A stretch of DNA of 64,000 bases. Origin: Octopus vulgaris. Its lineage: Eukaryota. Of this stretch, positions 40,349 to 52,974 are shown one piece after another; position 1 is the first letter of the stretch, and each line of letters begins with the position of its first letter. The translations under genes and the position numbers were made by a program. The notes beneath the pieces were generated by a model, which worked only from the letters and a program-made list of their open reading frames with translations, did no database searches and had not been told where the DNA came from. The stretch is from positions 41,106,001 through 41,170,000 of the forward strand of contig OX597823.1 of NCBI GenBank assembly GCA_951406725.2. Direction: 5' to 3'.

Positions 40349-41140
40349 TGCGCTGGATTAACCATTAAGCAAAACAAGCACATGACTACGGCATCAAGGG
40401 AATGTGGGGTACCACAGAAATGGTAAATGTTTTACGAGACAAGAAGAAATCACTTTAAACTTGCTAAAATAATATTCTAAGTAGTTTATATGATTAGAAA
40501 TATAATATCGAAGAGCTCATGGTGTCATAGTGAAGATATGTTCAAATATCTTGCAATTAAAAAAAAAATAGGTGAAAACTTTTAAAATATAAATAAAATG
40601 GAAGTATACAAAAATAAACATTATTTGCTATACTATTGTTAGTTTTGTTTCATTTTATGGTTTATTATTGTTTACTATTGTCTAAATTTTGAAAAGTGGA
40701 GGCGCAATGGCCCGGTGATTAGTTCGGTAGACTTGCGGTCGTAGGATCGCGGTCTCGATTCTACGACCGAGCGTTGTGAGTGGTTATTGAGCGAAAACAC
40801 CTAAAGCCACGAGGTTCTGGCAGGGAGTGGTGGTGAACCCTGCTATACTCTTTCACCACAACTTTCTCTCACTCTTTCTTCCTGTTTCTGTTGGTCCTGT
40901 ATTTCAAAGGACCAGCCTTGTTACACTCTGTGTCATGCTGAATCTCCCCGAGAACTACGTTAAGAGTACAGGTGTCTGTGAAGTGCTCAGCCACTTGCAC
41001 GTTAATTTGATGAGCAGGCTGTTCCGTTGATCGGATCAACTGGAACCCTCGTCGTTATAACCGACGGAGTGCCACAATATATTGAAATGCATATTATGGG
41101 GGCACCAAAATCTTTTAAGTGGTTAGGAGCATCTAAGGGT
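40349..41140 (+). mobile_element. non-autonomous DNA transposon relic (hAT-like), interrupted by SINE C
   Basis: terminus-like CTGCGCTGGATTAACC and GGGG(T/C)ACC subterminal motifs at both ends (40407, 41098); right TIR not found. Confidence 0.4.
40698..41077 (+). mobile_element. tRNA(Arg-like)-derived SINE family C, full length
   Basis: GGAGGCGCAATGGCCCGGTGATTAG A-box region, GACTTGCGGTC anticodon-arm-like, GGTCTCGATTC B-box-like; diverged minus-strand partial copy at ~49775-49915. Confidence 0.85.
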
Positions 41141-41194
41141 AAGGCAAAACGTCTAATGAATTTAGAGACCTCGTTTACAATTGTATGAAGATGT

Positions 41195-41360
41195 CATCAT
41201 CATCATTTAACGCACTTGTTTCATACTAACATGGGTTGGGCGGTTTGACACTGTCCATTGGGTCCAAGAATCGCATTTTACTGTCTACGTTTTCTGTGAC
41301 TGGATACCCTTCTCAATGCCAGCCACGTTACAGCGTGTACTGAGTGTTACTCTTTTTGTT
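41195..41360 (-). mobile_element. SINE/RTE-type 3' tail fragment ending in (GAT)n
   Basis: CATCATCATCATTTAACG..CATGGGTTGG..CTGGATACCCTTCTCAATGCCAGCC. Confidence 0.55.
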
Positions 41361-42878
41361 TTTCCGTATTGCAATGCAGCTTTCAAGACTAGGTGGTTTT
41401 ATGCTACACTAGGAGATGAACACTTAAACTATGAAGATGTTTCTTGCTGTAGAGGCGCTACATGGCTAACTGACATTTTAGAAGAGAGGCTGGGAGCGAT
41501 TGGGGTGAATCGGGTAAGAAATTTTTAAAAATTATATGTTTAACTAAGACAAATCCTCTTTGTAGCTTTGAGTGTAGCTTAATTTTGGTAGCAATGGTGA
41601 TCATTCTTTTCCATTAACACCACATGTAAAATAGGAAGTTATAAATGAGATTCACCAACCTCAGGAAAGTGAAATAATGAAACAAAACAAATATTGATCG
41701 ATAATCTAACACTGATTGATTAATCACGTTTAAATCGAAGATAATTATCATTCGTTGACTATTTTTTATTGTATGTCAGTCTTAGCAATAATTTCACTGG
41801 CTGAGTATTAGCATATTAGCAGCATTTTGAAGAAAAAAAGCAAAAAAAACACATTTTATCTTATTTATTTAGTTAATTTTATCAGATCTGGTTCCATTGT
41901 TTGTTTTTGCAACTCAAACCACAAGTAAAAGCAAGTAGGATTTTTGTAGGGACACAAATATGAGCGCTCCTGAATTATCAGAAGCAATGCTTAGAGGATT
42001 GATAAAACTTTCATTATATGTTGTTTCTCCATAAGAGATATTGTTTGCCACAAGCAAGGCGTGAGGAATTTTCTCTCAGCAATGTCAGCAGTAAACGTTC
42101 TACCCTTTTCATACAAGTGTTTCATACATGTTCTGAGAATACTTCAAGTCGCCAATATTAATGAAATAACCCTTTAGAACCAGCGAGTACACTTTAACGG
42201 GTGCGATTTGGTGGGCTATATCACTGAAACTCACGAAAGTGAGCGGCCACGATTTTGCATTTTTGATTCCAATAATTGGTAGAAACATCGTTACTTTCAA
42301 CTGTTACCATAAAACCTTACGGCCGCTCTCATTTGCTTCCGTGCTTTCGAAGTGTGATGGATCAATCAGCGAGGCAGTGGTAACTGATCGATCCGATCGA
42401 TGTTTGTCAGATATTTCTTAGATAAATTTGAACATACAGATTTACGCCCCTTTACTAGAGATCTCTATAGGAGACTAATACCGAATTGCATCACGAAACC
42501 AACTCTTCGTGATCTATGTTGTTCTATCTTGAGCAATAATGTTAATTGGCTGATTTATGGACGCTCACATTCGTACATACATACAAAAATACATACTAAA
42601 ATATATCTCTATTCAAGATCCTCGTCATGGAGTAACTCTATGTCACACTAAATATGGAGTGAAATTCGCTTTGCCAGTTTATCACATCAAAGTAACCAAT
42701 TCTCAACCGCCTGCTTCCAAAATGGCAATAAATCGACCTACAAGCGTGGACTATTTTATAAAGAGTCAATGAATGAAAGGAAGATGCGAGTAAAAGAGAA
42801 AAAGAACATCAGCTGGAAATGATTCTCTGATGGCTTTTATTAAATGACACCCACCATCCCTCACTTTCTCTCTCTTCC

Positions 42879-42909
<31 letters not shown>

Positions 42910-42997
42910 TCGAAATATGTGTGTTTGTGTCTCAAGCACACATTTCTCTATGCGAATACGTACATTTTCACATTATATCTATCTTCCCCCTCTCACT

Positions 42998-43032
42998 CAT
43001 ATATATATATATATATGTATATATATGTATAT

Positions 43033-43078
<46 letters not shown>

Positions 43079-43494
43079 ATATATATATATATGTATATGT
43101 ATGATATATATATATATGTATGTATGTATATATATGTGTATGTATATATATATGTATATGGATGTATATATGTAGATGTATGTATATATGTATGTATATA
43201 TATATATGTATATGTATATATATGTGTATATATATATGTATATATATATATGTGTATATATATCTGTATATATATATATATGTATATATATATCTGTATA
43301 TATATATATGTATATATATATCTGTATATACATATATATATGTATGTATATGTATGTATATGTATATGTATGTATATATATATATATATATGTATATGTA
43401 TATATATATATGTATATGTGTATATGTATATATATATATGTATCTGTGTATATATATATATATGTATATGATATATATATATATATGTATATGC

Positions 43495-43546
<52 letters not shown>

Positions 43547-43653
43547 GTATGCATATATATATGTATGAATGTATATATGTATGTATATGTATATATGTAT
43601 ATATATGCATATATATATATATATATATATATGTATGAATGTATATATGTATG

Positions 43654-43700
<47 letters not shown>

Positions 43701-43705
43701 ATATG

Positions 43706-43778
<73 letters not shown>

Positions 43779-43790
43779 TTATATATACAG
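42998..43790. repeat. ~800-bp degenerate (TA)/(TATG) microsatellite
   Basis: direct inspection; source of the long Y/I/M ORFs in the track. Confidence 0.97.
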
Positions 43791-44093
43791 AGAGACAGAC
43801 AGACAGACAGACTGACAGACAGAGTGGGGGAGATACTGGCACCCTCCAATACATATGCACATTAAACGTGCTTACACATACAAATATTTACATATTCACA
43901 CGCACGTACACGACCACCCATTCACACAGGTCTATCTTCCCTTTTGCGCGGCGCTAAAAATCCATTATCGTTGTGAACTGAAACCAAATCATGTTTGATT
44001 GGAGGAGAAACGGTTCATCGTCGCCGCCGACGGAGGATGACGACGACGACAGTCGTAGTGATAGTGGTGGTGATAATGGTGGTGGTAGTGGTG

Positions 44094-44152
<59 letters not shown>

Positions 44153-44556
44153 TGTTGTTGTTGTAATAGTAGTAGTAGTAGTAGTAGTAGTAGTTGAGCA
44201 GCAGCAATTGTGGTCGCGCTGATTTTGTTGCTTTTGTCATCGTTACTCTTATTATTAAAACTGTTGTGATCGAGTTAAAGAAGCAAATTGAATAAATGAA
44301 CCGGCATTTTATTTTTTGTTCTTATTTCGTAATCTGTTAATTCCACAAGTCGGAAATATCGCAATCTTTGTGTTTGTCATACAGAGCGATGATAAACTGT
44401 AATATTACCTAATTTATTTAACTTATTTAACTCTTTCATTAGATATACAATTGGTTCGTCTTTCATTTTTTATTTATTTTTGCACACACAGATAACCTTT
44501 CGCAACTAACATGCAACCAATATCGTTATTAAATACACTATAAAAATAAATAAGGA

Positions 44557-44601
<45 letters not shown>

Positions 44602-44833
44602 GGCGGCGAGCTGGCTTGAAACCTTAGTGCGCCGGGCAAAATGCTTAGCGGTATTTCGTCTGTAGTTATGTTCTGAGTTCAAATTCCGCCGAGGTCGACT
44701 TTGCCTTTCATCCTTTCGGGGTCGATAAATAAAGAACCAGTTTCGCACTGGGGTCCATGTAATCGACCGAATCCCTTTGTCTGTCCTTGTTTGTCCCCTC
44801 TATGTTTAGCCCCTTGTGGGTAGTAAAGGAATA
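44602..44833 (+). mobile_element. young full-length SINE A (tail type B) in (TTA)n
   Basis: very similar to 24285-24519; (TTA)n on both sides. Confidence 0.93.
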
Positions 44834-44835
44834 TA

Positions 44836-44871
<36 letters not shown>

Positions 44872-44879
44872 CATTATAT

Positions 44880-45107
44880 ACACAATAGATTAGACTGTTG
44901 GAAAAGAAAAAAATCCTAACATCGGGATACAACAAGTAACCTTAGATATCAAGAACCCTCCTGAGTATCCTAGCTGTTCCCAATAACACTGTTTTCTGGA
45001 GCTGTACTAAACTGGGTTTTACGCCTATTTCCTCTATCCCTTCGTTTTCCTAATGCATCTATAACTACTAGATACATTTTACCAACACTTTCCATAGTCG
45101 CTGTAAT
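44880..45107 (-). mobile_element. R4/Dong-like non-LTR retrotransposon 3' end
   Basis: minus strand LQRLWK..VVIDALG..IGVKPSLVQLQKTVLLGTARILRRVLDI*, then short UTR and (TAA)n. Confidence 0.8.
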
Positions 45108-45127
45108 TATTGTTGTTGTTGTTATTA

Positions 45128-45530
45128 AGGTGGTGAGCTGGCAGAATTTTTAGCACACCAAATAACGTGCTTAGTGGCATTTCGCCCGTCTGCCCGTTCC
45201 AAGTTCAAATTCCGGCTAGGTAGGTCAACTTTGCCTCTCATCTTTTCGGGGATTGTACACTGGAGTCGACGTAATCGACAATCCCCTCCTCAAATATTGC
45301 AGGTCTTGTGCCCATAATGAGAAATGGTTATTATTAAGGCAGCGATCTGGCAGACTTGTTAGCGAGTCAAACAAAATGCGTCTCAGCATCAGTTCAAATT
45401 CCGCTGTGGTCGACTTTACTTTTAATCTTTGCGGGATTGATAAAATGAGTACCAGTCAAGTACTGAGTCGATGTAATGGACTTGCCTCCTCCCTTAAAGT
45501 TTCAAGCCTTGTGCCAACAATAGATTGAAT
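45128..45530 (+). mobile_element. two tandem SINE A copies
   Basis: heads at 45128 (GGTGGTGAGCTGGCAG) and ~45338 (GGCAGCGATCTGGCAG). Confidence 0.82.
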
Positions 45531-45793
45531 TAACTTTATTTTCAGTCATCAACATCATCATCATCATCACCATTATTGTTATTAGTAATAGTAGTAATCC
45601 TCACTACGCTGTAAATTGGAGATAAGGAACTGAGAAAAGGCATCTGCTTCAGAAGGCATAACAAGCAGTGCTTTTATGGGGTTTTCACTCAATCAGTTCT
45701 TGAATGTCTCCTCAATACTGAGAAAAAACTCATTGTTAAAATCTTATTATTATTCTTGTATTTGTTAATCCTGTTTATACGCAAAACCCTCAC

Positions 45794-45881
<88 letters not shown>

Positions 45882-46301
45882 ACACACACTCAATGTTTTA
45901 TCTTGTGCCGCGCTAAACGTTTTTATTAATGTAAACCCCTTTGTGGTTAATAAAGAAATCATTATCATTATTATTAATTATTATTACCCTCCCATCATCA
46001 TTTTCATTTTTTATTATCAGCATCATCATGATCATCTTCATCATCTTCATCATCATTATCGTTGTCGTTGTTGTTGCTGTTATTGTTATTATTTATCATT
46101 CTCATCACTATTATTCTTATAATTTATCATCGTCATCATCATCATTATTATTAGAACTGGTGATAGTGACGATGGTGCAAAGTAAATTCTTCGGCAAAGG
46201 CATTCTAATTGTACATATAAAACGCTGTGCCATGAAACAGCAATTTCATTTCGAAATTTGAAACAATGAAACAAAATAACAACAATAACAACAACAACAA
46301 C

Positions 46302-46388
<87 letters not shown>

Positions 46389-46632
46389 GATGATAGTAAT
46401 AAGAAGACGAAGAATAACAATAATAACAAAGAATAAATGAATATAAAAAATAAACGAAAGCAGAGCGTATAAAAACAGAATATACATAGAGCGGTGTTTA
46501 TATAGAAATTTGATTTCGTTTTGTCTGTAGCTTTGTTTTGATTTATCTCATGTGACAAAATTGATTTATTTGCATATAAATATATATATACATACACACA
46601 CACACACACATATGTATTCTTATGAATGCAAG

Positions 46633-46708
<76 letters not shown>

Positions 46709-47024
46709 TGCGTTTCTATAATAGAAAAGCGCGGAAGCACACATATATATATACGCATAGGCATACATATGCACACAGTTGTGTAGGCATGCCCATGACA
46801 ATTGTAGTGTATTAACATTTACCAGCGGTGTGTAAGCAACCTTTGATCGTTATGTGCAATGAACACTAAAACCAAAACTGCGAGAATTCAGAGACAATAA
46901 CCGGGAATGCTGGGAAGACATAAAAACAAAAACAGAGCTCTTTATCCCGCTACTAACTCGTATTTCGCAGCAATTTTACTTACTATTGTCTTCTGGTTCA
47001 ATGAAAGAGGATGGCAGACGGAGG

Positions 47025-47062
<38 letters not shown>

Positions 47063-47152
47063 AGAGAAAGATAGGAAAGATGTAGAAGTGTGTGCATATA
47101 TATATATACTTCTGTATGTATATATATGTATATATATGTATATATATATATG

Positions 47153-47215
<63 letters not shown>

Positions 47216-47395
47216 GCTGTAGTAGCACTGGCAAATTACATCACTTTCCTACTTCTAATATCACGACGAACACACACAACTCTCATCGCTGTCGCTGTTA
47301 TCAGCTTCGCTTTCCACAATCATTTTGATCCGCATCTGCTACCCAAACCATGCAACATTACAAAAGCGATTAGCGCAAAAATCACCACACTGTTT

Positions 47396-47431
<36 letters not shown>

Positions 47432-47450
47432 AATAATAAGAATGATAATA

Positions 47451-47527
<77 letters not shown>

Positions 47528-47695
47528 AGGAATCAGAGAGAATATGAAGGAAATTAGAAAAGGTTTGCCTCCTTGGCACGGTCAGAATAATCAGGAAAGC
47601 ATTAGATAACTGAAACGAACGGGTAGCATGGTACCGTAGGCTGCAGGTAGCAGAACTCGGGGAGTTACAACAAAACCTGTGATAAAGAGAAATGA
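47528..47695 (+). mobile_element. R4/Dong-like 3' end
   Basis: KVCLLGTVRIIRKALDN* then UTR; lies between (TGA)n and (TAA)n. Confidence 0.7.
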
Positions 47696-47737
47696 TAATA
47701 ATAATAATTCTTTCATTTATTTGCCACAAGGGCGAAG

Positions 47738-47834
<97 letters not shown>

Positions 47835-47835
<1 letters not shown>

Positions 47836-49570
47836 CCTTTTGTTATTGGCCACAAGGGCCGAATACAAATGCAATTAGGGGCAATACAAAACAAAGGACA
47901 AGTGATGTTTAAAACAGATAAGCGTGTAAACAATAAAAACAAAAGCAGTTAACAAAAAAATTAAACAATAAAATTCCCTTAACAGGGTAGAGTTTCACCT
48001 ATGGCCAACCAGGGTACCCCACACATCCTGGTCACCCTGACCGTCATGGGCACTCAAAGTAGGTGCCACTCTTCCTCTCAAATGCTCAGGCTTACATACG
48101 AATATTCAGAGTAGGCCCCTTCACACGAACCATTTTTATAACATCCACTCACCTTTCAACAAATTACTGGGGGCAGTACTTCCTTCTCTACCCTCACTTT
48201 CCTTTTCAAGTGGAACTTGTAAAAGTCGATGAGGGCTCGGCCGAAGAGCAAAAATTATCTGTCTCCCATCCTTTCAGTCTCGTCCACTACACAACTTATT
48301 TCGCTATAGTCACCCGGTAGAGAAAACTGCCTTTCCCTCCTGGCCAAGAGAAGGCAGCGAGGACGATCCTCCCAATGGACTCGGCTGATAACCAGATCCG
48401 TCCTACACGTGACAACAGCTGTTCGACAAATCTCCACAGGTCGGTAATGCACGGGCACCGGACGAGTCTATCAGGCCAGGCACGTAGTGGGGCAAAGGAA
48501 CAACGGTCAGGCGGTAGTCGATAACGGAAGCAATGTATGCAGCACACACCTCAAACAGGTCCGTCTGACAGCACTTCTGGTAGCACTGCCAGGTCAGGGA
48601 TTTGTGGAAGTTATTCATAGGTCCTGGCCGAAAGTCCTCTGGAAAAAAACCAGTTAGTTGATCCCTCTCAATGCCCATAGTTTCCTCGAGTACGTCATCG
48701 CTCTTTCCCTCCACTAATCCTCTATAGAACTCCATGTTAAAACATCCACCCACCGCGTTTCCAGACTAGCATACCAAGCGCCCTTTCTTGGTCTGCTTTT
48801 GACCCAGGAATGTAACTCCATCAATGAGATAAGCTGAGGAAAGTCCCTTTTGACAAACGGCGACCACACCTGCACGCCGTTAAGTAAACGCTGGAGATGT
48901 GGCAGCCTCAGCACATGTCTGCGCATCATTAGCCACGGCATGCCCAGTCCTCCAAAGAGTACTCCTCACGAGTACATAAATCGGTCTTTCCGTATTAATT
49001 TTGAGCTTTCTTTTGGGGTCTATGTGTGGTTGCAGGTGCATTAGTGCATTTGGTTCGAGTAGTGGTGGTTGTGGGGATGGTAGTACTGGTGTTGCTTTTG
49101 CTGTGTCTATGTTCTATGTGTTGGGGCTTTCTGTGTTTTTCGGTGTTGATGTAGGTTCTTTTATTTTTGTTTCCTTTACCTTTTTCTTTTTTTACGTTGT
49201 GGGGTTCTTCCTCGTCTTCACTCCGGGATGTGTAGTGGCTAGTGTCTGGATGGCCCGTCACGGGGAGTGTGAATGTGTATCTCCGATAGCGTAAGCGCCG
49301 TTGTACGAGTGTATGCTTGAGGAAGAGCGTAACAGAGGTGTTGATAGATACTTTTTTTTGTTCTTTGTATGGGGTTCACATGCCTCTGTTGTTGTTGTTG
49401 GGGATGAGGCTATAGTTCTATAAAAAGGTCTCTGTTGTTGGGAGTGCGCTGTAGGCTGCAGGTGTGTCCGCGTCCCTCCCGACTTTTGGGAGCAGAAGGC
49501 TCTCAGGTAGCTTGTGGTCCCACAGCTGTCACATCTGAGCTTCCTGCCTTCCACGCTGACACGTAAAAGA
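47835..49570 (-). mobile_element. L1/Tx1-like non-LTR retrotransposon, internally deleted
   Basis: ORF1-like piece VSVEGRKLRCDSCGTTSYLRAFC (degenerate CCHC knuckle) joined near 48995 to ORF2 C-terminus GGLGMPWLMMRRHVLRL..PGPMNNFHKSLTWQCY..CPCITDLWRFVEQLLSR; T-rich UTR ending in (TTA)n. Confidence 0.78.
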
Positions 49571-49963
49571 AAGAAAGAAAAAAGCGTGTTAGATAATCTC
49601 TACATTGCTTTGAAAAAAGACCGGATGGTCACGACTGGAATGCTTTTGATCGTCTATCTTCTCAATCTGGATTAATAATAATAACCACAATAAGAACTAG
49701 TAGCTAAGCTTCTTCCCAATGGTAATTAATAAAATGAATACCTTTAGTGGTATTAGTATTACCAATGGGTTCTCCGTTAGTCTCGCTGATTAGCACTCAT
49801 TTGTTGGACTGATCTATTTCCACTCGTGATCTTAACTTGAAACAAGTGTCTGATTATTCCATAGACACTCGCAAATTTAACGCAATTCTCAGAGCGATTC
49901 AGCGTTACACATTGCGTCATTTATTTGTGTGTGTGTGCGCCTGTGCGTATGTGTATGTGTGAT

Positions 49964-50222
49964 TATTCAGTTTTATTTCAAGATTTCTTACTAATCGAGA
50001 AAGCCTCGGCTTCTAACCAAGATCCAAGGCCCCTTCATTGAAATTTCACCGTTAACAAGGTATTTCTGCGTGTATATGTGTATATGTGTAGTATCTGGAG
50101 TCAGTGCATGTGTAGATTGGTATGTTTTATTGTATGTATGTATTCTCATCTATATAATTGCATTTCTTGACATGCACGTTTATACTTAAATTATAATCAT
50201 CTGGAAAGTTTTGCAAATTTTT
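49964..50222 (-). mobile_element. short 5'-truncated copy of the R4-like family at 52975-54850
   Basis: shares the 3' UTR TATTCAGTTTTATTTCAA..TTCTAACC.AGATCCAAGGC.CCTTCATTGAAATTTCA and the ORF end CTGGAAAGTTT. Confidence 0.85.
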
Positions 50223-50869
50223 ATGTATGTATAAGCGTACTTCTGTGTGTATACGAACTGATGAAGTCATTAGAAGGTCGGACAGATGGTCCTACTGTCA
50301 GTATTCTGGCTCTCTGATTTCCCGTCCCGTTAAGATTTTACCTTTCATTATTCCGAGATCGATATATAGGATACCAGTTCTTGACTTGGGCTGAATCTTT
50401 TCCGTCTTTCTGTATATTTTCATTTGTTTTGGAAGAAATTGACTGTAGTGAGACCTGGAGAGAAACGGGCTCAGCCAGGTATAGAACTTAACCAAGTTAT
50501 ATAAAAAAAATGCCCTTATGACTCTGTCAAAGATCTGAGCCTCAAAGCATATACATATATCTACACACGCGCGTACACACATACACACACACACATATAC
50601 ACAGACGCACGTGCGCGTGCACACACACACACACACACACACGTATGGAGACAGACACTCAAATAAATACAAGTATATGAAATACCATGCAACAAAAATT
50701 CTTGGTTTATTAAAATTATCTCCACCTTTAGGGGACGTATTAATTACCAAATGTCAATTATAATCAGCTCCACTTGCGAAAGGGAAATTATCTAAAGACG
50801 TGAGAATTCTCCGAAACTGATACACCATTAAGGAAGAAGACAAGTTTATAGTCTGTACATAAGTGGAAT

Positions 50870-50914
50870 GTCATAGACATGGGTTTCTGCCTTAATAGAC
50901 GTCATCAGCATCAC
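50870..50914 (-). ncRNA. minimal type I hammerhead ribozyme fold
   Basis: minus strand reads GTGATG CTGATGA C GTCT ATTA AGGC A GAAAC CCAT GTC TATGAC: intact CUGAUGA, GAAAC and GUC; stems I and II present with mismatches. Confidence 0.6.
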
Positions 50915-51319
50915 TATAGCCCTAACCTATCACGAAACATATGCAAAAAGGGTAAAACACATTTATGGCCAACGTAATTTGCATAATTTAAGCAAAAGTG
51001 AGCTAAGAGAAATAGTTCAGACTGGTTAGTGGTGTGTATTTGACCAGACAAATACAAGTATGTCAAGTAAGATACGACATAATTCTTTATTTAAAAAAAA
51101 AGAAAGCAAACAATTGGCTCCGAAAGTTGGAAATGCAATGGTGACTTCTGTGGGATTTCAGTTTAAAGTGTTGAAGACCAGAATAAATACCGCAATGCAT
51201 CCTATTCTTAACGATTCTGCCAGTTGACTTTTTTCACCACTATTACTATTATCAGTAAGAGTACCGCCATCGTTTGTATTGATAGTTTATAGACGTGCGC
51301 ACACACACACATGTGTGTG

Positions 51320-51372
<53 letters not shown>

Positions 51373-51437
51373 GTGTGTGTATGTATATATATATATGTGT
51401 GTGTGTGTGTATGTATATATATATGTTTGTATGTGTG

Positions 51438-51477
<40 letters not shown>

Positions 51478-51879
51478 CATATGTATATATATATATGTAT
51501 ATACATATGTATATATATATATATATTATATATATATATGCCAACGAGGTCTCTTGTCACCACCATCACCTTCACCATCATGAATGTTGTTGCGAACCGA
51601 TTGCAATTCAATGGGACCACAACAAAGTCTCAATGTTCAGAGAAAATAATCTACCCTAAGGAGCGTGTAAAGGGGGAATAAAGCGACAAGAGAAGCTAGA
51701 AATGAAAAACAATATAATATATAAAAGCAAGTAACGAGAAGAACAGCAATAATATTATCAACAAAAACAATAACAGGAACAAAAGCAAAATCCGAGGCTA
51801 AGAAAATCGATAAAAGGAACAACAACAATAAAAACAGCAGCAAAGGTTTAGGCAAAAATAAACAAGACAACAAGTGTGT

Positions 51880-51918
<39 letters not shown>

Positions 51919-52060
51919 ATAGAGAAATTGTTGCTGAATCGAGCAATTCTGAGGCTTGTATGTTACATCAAAGTCCTAATATCATTGGCAGTTAGGAGGT
52001 GAAGAGAGAGGGGAAGTGAGAAAGATAGCATGGAATAAGCAGGAGGGTAAGGAATCAAAC

Positions 52061-52104
<44 letters not shown>

Positions 52105-52974
52105 TAAAAGTGAGAGTCAGTTTGAGACGAAGTAAGATCGAAGAAGCGAGAAAGGGAAGAATGAGAGTAAAATTGAAAGCTGGTTTGAGAGGAGGTCCGA
52201 ACGAACATAAAAAAGAGGGGATGAACATAAAAGATTAGAGAAGGTGTATATGTGTGTATGTTGTGTGTGCATGTATGTGTATACATGTATATATGTGTGC
52301 ATGTATGTGTATGCATGCATATATGTGTGCATGTATGTGTGCATGGATGTATTTGTGTATGCATGTATATGTATGCACATATGTGTATGCCCGTTCGGGC
52401 ATTGGTTTCTGATTATCCTGGAGTACAAGCCTTCAAGGATTCGGTCGATCCTATCGACCCCCAGTAATTCAGTCGGACATATAAACTAATAGTTAATATT
52501 TTTCGAGCTGCTAGCTTACGAGACATAAAGGAATGCAATATAAAAGACAGACATGGATGCAAACTCATGAATATCCATAAAAACACCACATTTGGGCCCA
52601 TCATCCAATTTCCGGTCAGTTGACGATCAGAATGTAGACTCTACGCGACAGATCTCGTCAGGATTACACGTTTTAAGTTTTAATTTTTATTTTTCATTTC
52701 CACGTTTCCTTCTCTTCTGTTTAGCTGTCCGAAGAAGGAAAATAACCAAAACGTTTAAGCAACTAACTCTTTTCTGAGTGTCAATCTAATATTACTGATT
52801 GAGGATTTTAGTCGTCTTCTGTATTTTGTATTTTTGTTAACTAAATATATGTGCGTGCGCGCATGCATGTGACGCACTGTGTTCTGTAAAGGGCTTTATT
52901 TCATATTGCTCTAGTCAACTAGAGATGAGTACCAGCCCATTGCTAATACTATATATGTATGGTATGTATGTAGC

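Noticed and set aside
40698-40775. tRNA-like cloverleaf with GCG anticodon
   Set aside because: It continues into a 300-bp SINE body, the stems are imperfect and there is no poly-T terminator; treated as a SINE head.
42844-43957. Long ORFs (up to 293 aa) rich in Y/I/M/C/H, and similar ORFs at 8902, 20778, 46205, 47382 and 51208
   Set aside because: They are translations of stop-free TA/TG/trinucleotide microsatellites, not genes.
50250-50305. CTGATGA followed by possible stems and GTC
   Set aside because: GAAAC is absent (GGAC) and stem II does not pair; too decayed to call a hammerhead.
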